A stretch of 64,000 nucleotides of DNA from Candidatus Nomurabacteria bacterium. GTDB taxonomy: Bacteria > Patescibacteriota > Minisyncoccia > Phycocordibacterales > UBA9973. The position numbers and the translations under genes are program-made. The stretch spans positions 21,878 to 85,877 of the forward strand of contig JAHFNJ010000001.1 in NCBI GenBank assembly GCA_023267375.1, given 5' to 3'. Below, one piece after another: positions 63,937 through 64,000 of the stretch (position 1 is its first letter; each line of letters starts with the position of its first letter). The notes under the pieces are model-generated. The model ran no database searches and had not been told where the DNA came from. It was given only the letters and a program-made list of their open reading frames with translations.

Positions 63937-64000
63937 TCGTGGCTTCTATTATAAACAAAACTTTCTTTTTTAGCGAGAATGATGAGATGAACAAGGACAC

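Overview
This is an AT-rich, gene-dense bacterial chromosomal window of about 68 ORFs, 6 tRNAs and 1 pseudo-tRNA. It is dominated by housekeeping genes for cell envelope and division, translation factors and tRNA modification, aminoacyl-tRNA synthetases, and replication and nucleotide metabolism. The reduced gene repertoire and several degenerate or fused housekeeping proteins fit a small-genome (CPR/Patescibacteria-like) bacterium, but that is an inference. No CRISPR array, rRNA or obvious transposase was seen. Leading candidates for follow-up: (1) the leucyl-tRNA synthetase carries a complete Nudix hydrolase domain inserted between its editing domain and the KMSKS region. (2) A 1466-aa GLUG-repeat surface protein and an S8 subtilisin-like protease sit next to each other and share a C-terminal module. 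(3) A PriA homolog has its Walker A and B motifs replaced. (4) Two lineage-specific gene cassettes are bounded by short inverted repeats: a four-helix-bundle protein exactly between rseP and frr, and a Cys-rich orphan between priA and rpsU. (5) A terminator-associated repeat family, a tRNA-Gly 3'-end direct repeat, and a GC-rich structured block next to tRNA-Arg. All coordinates, motifs and repeats were read directly from the sequence; no database search was possible.
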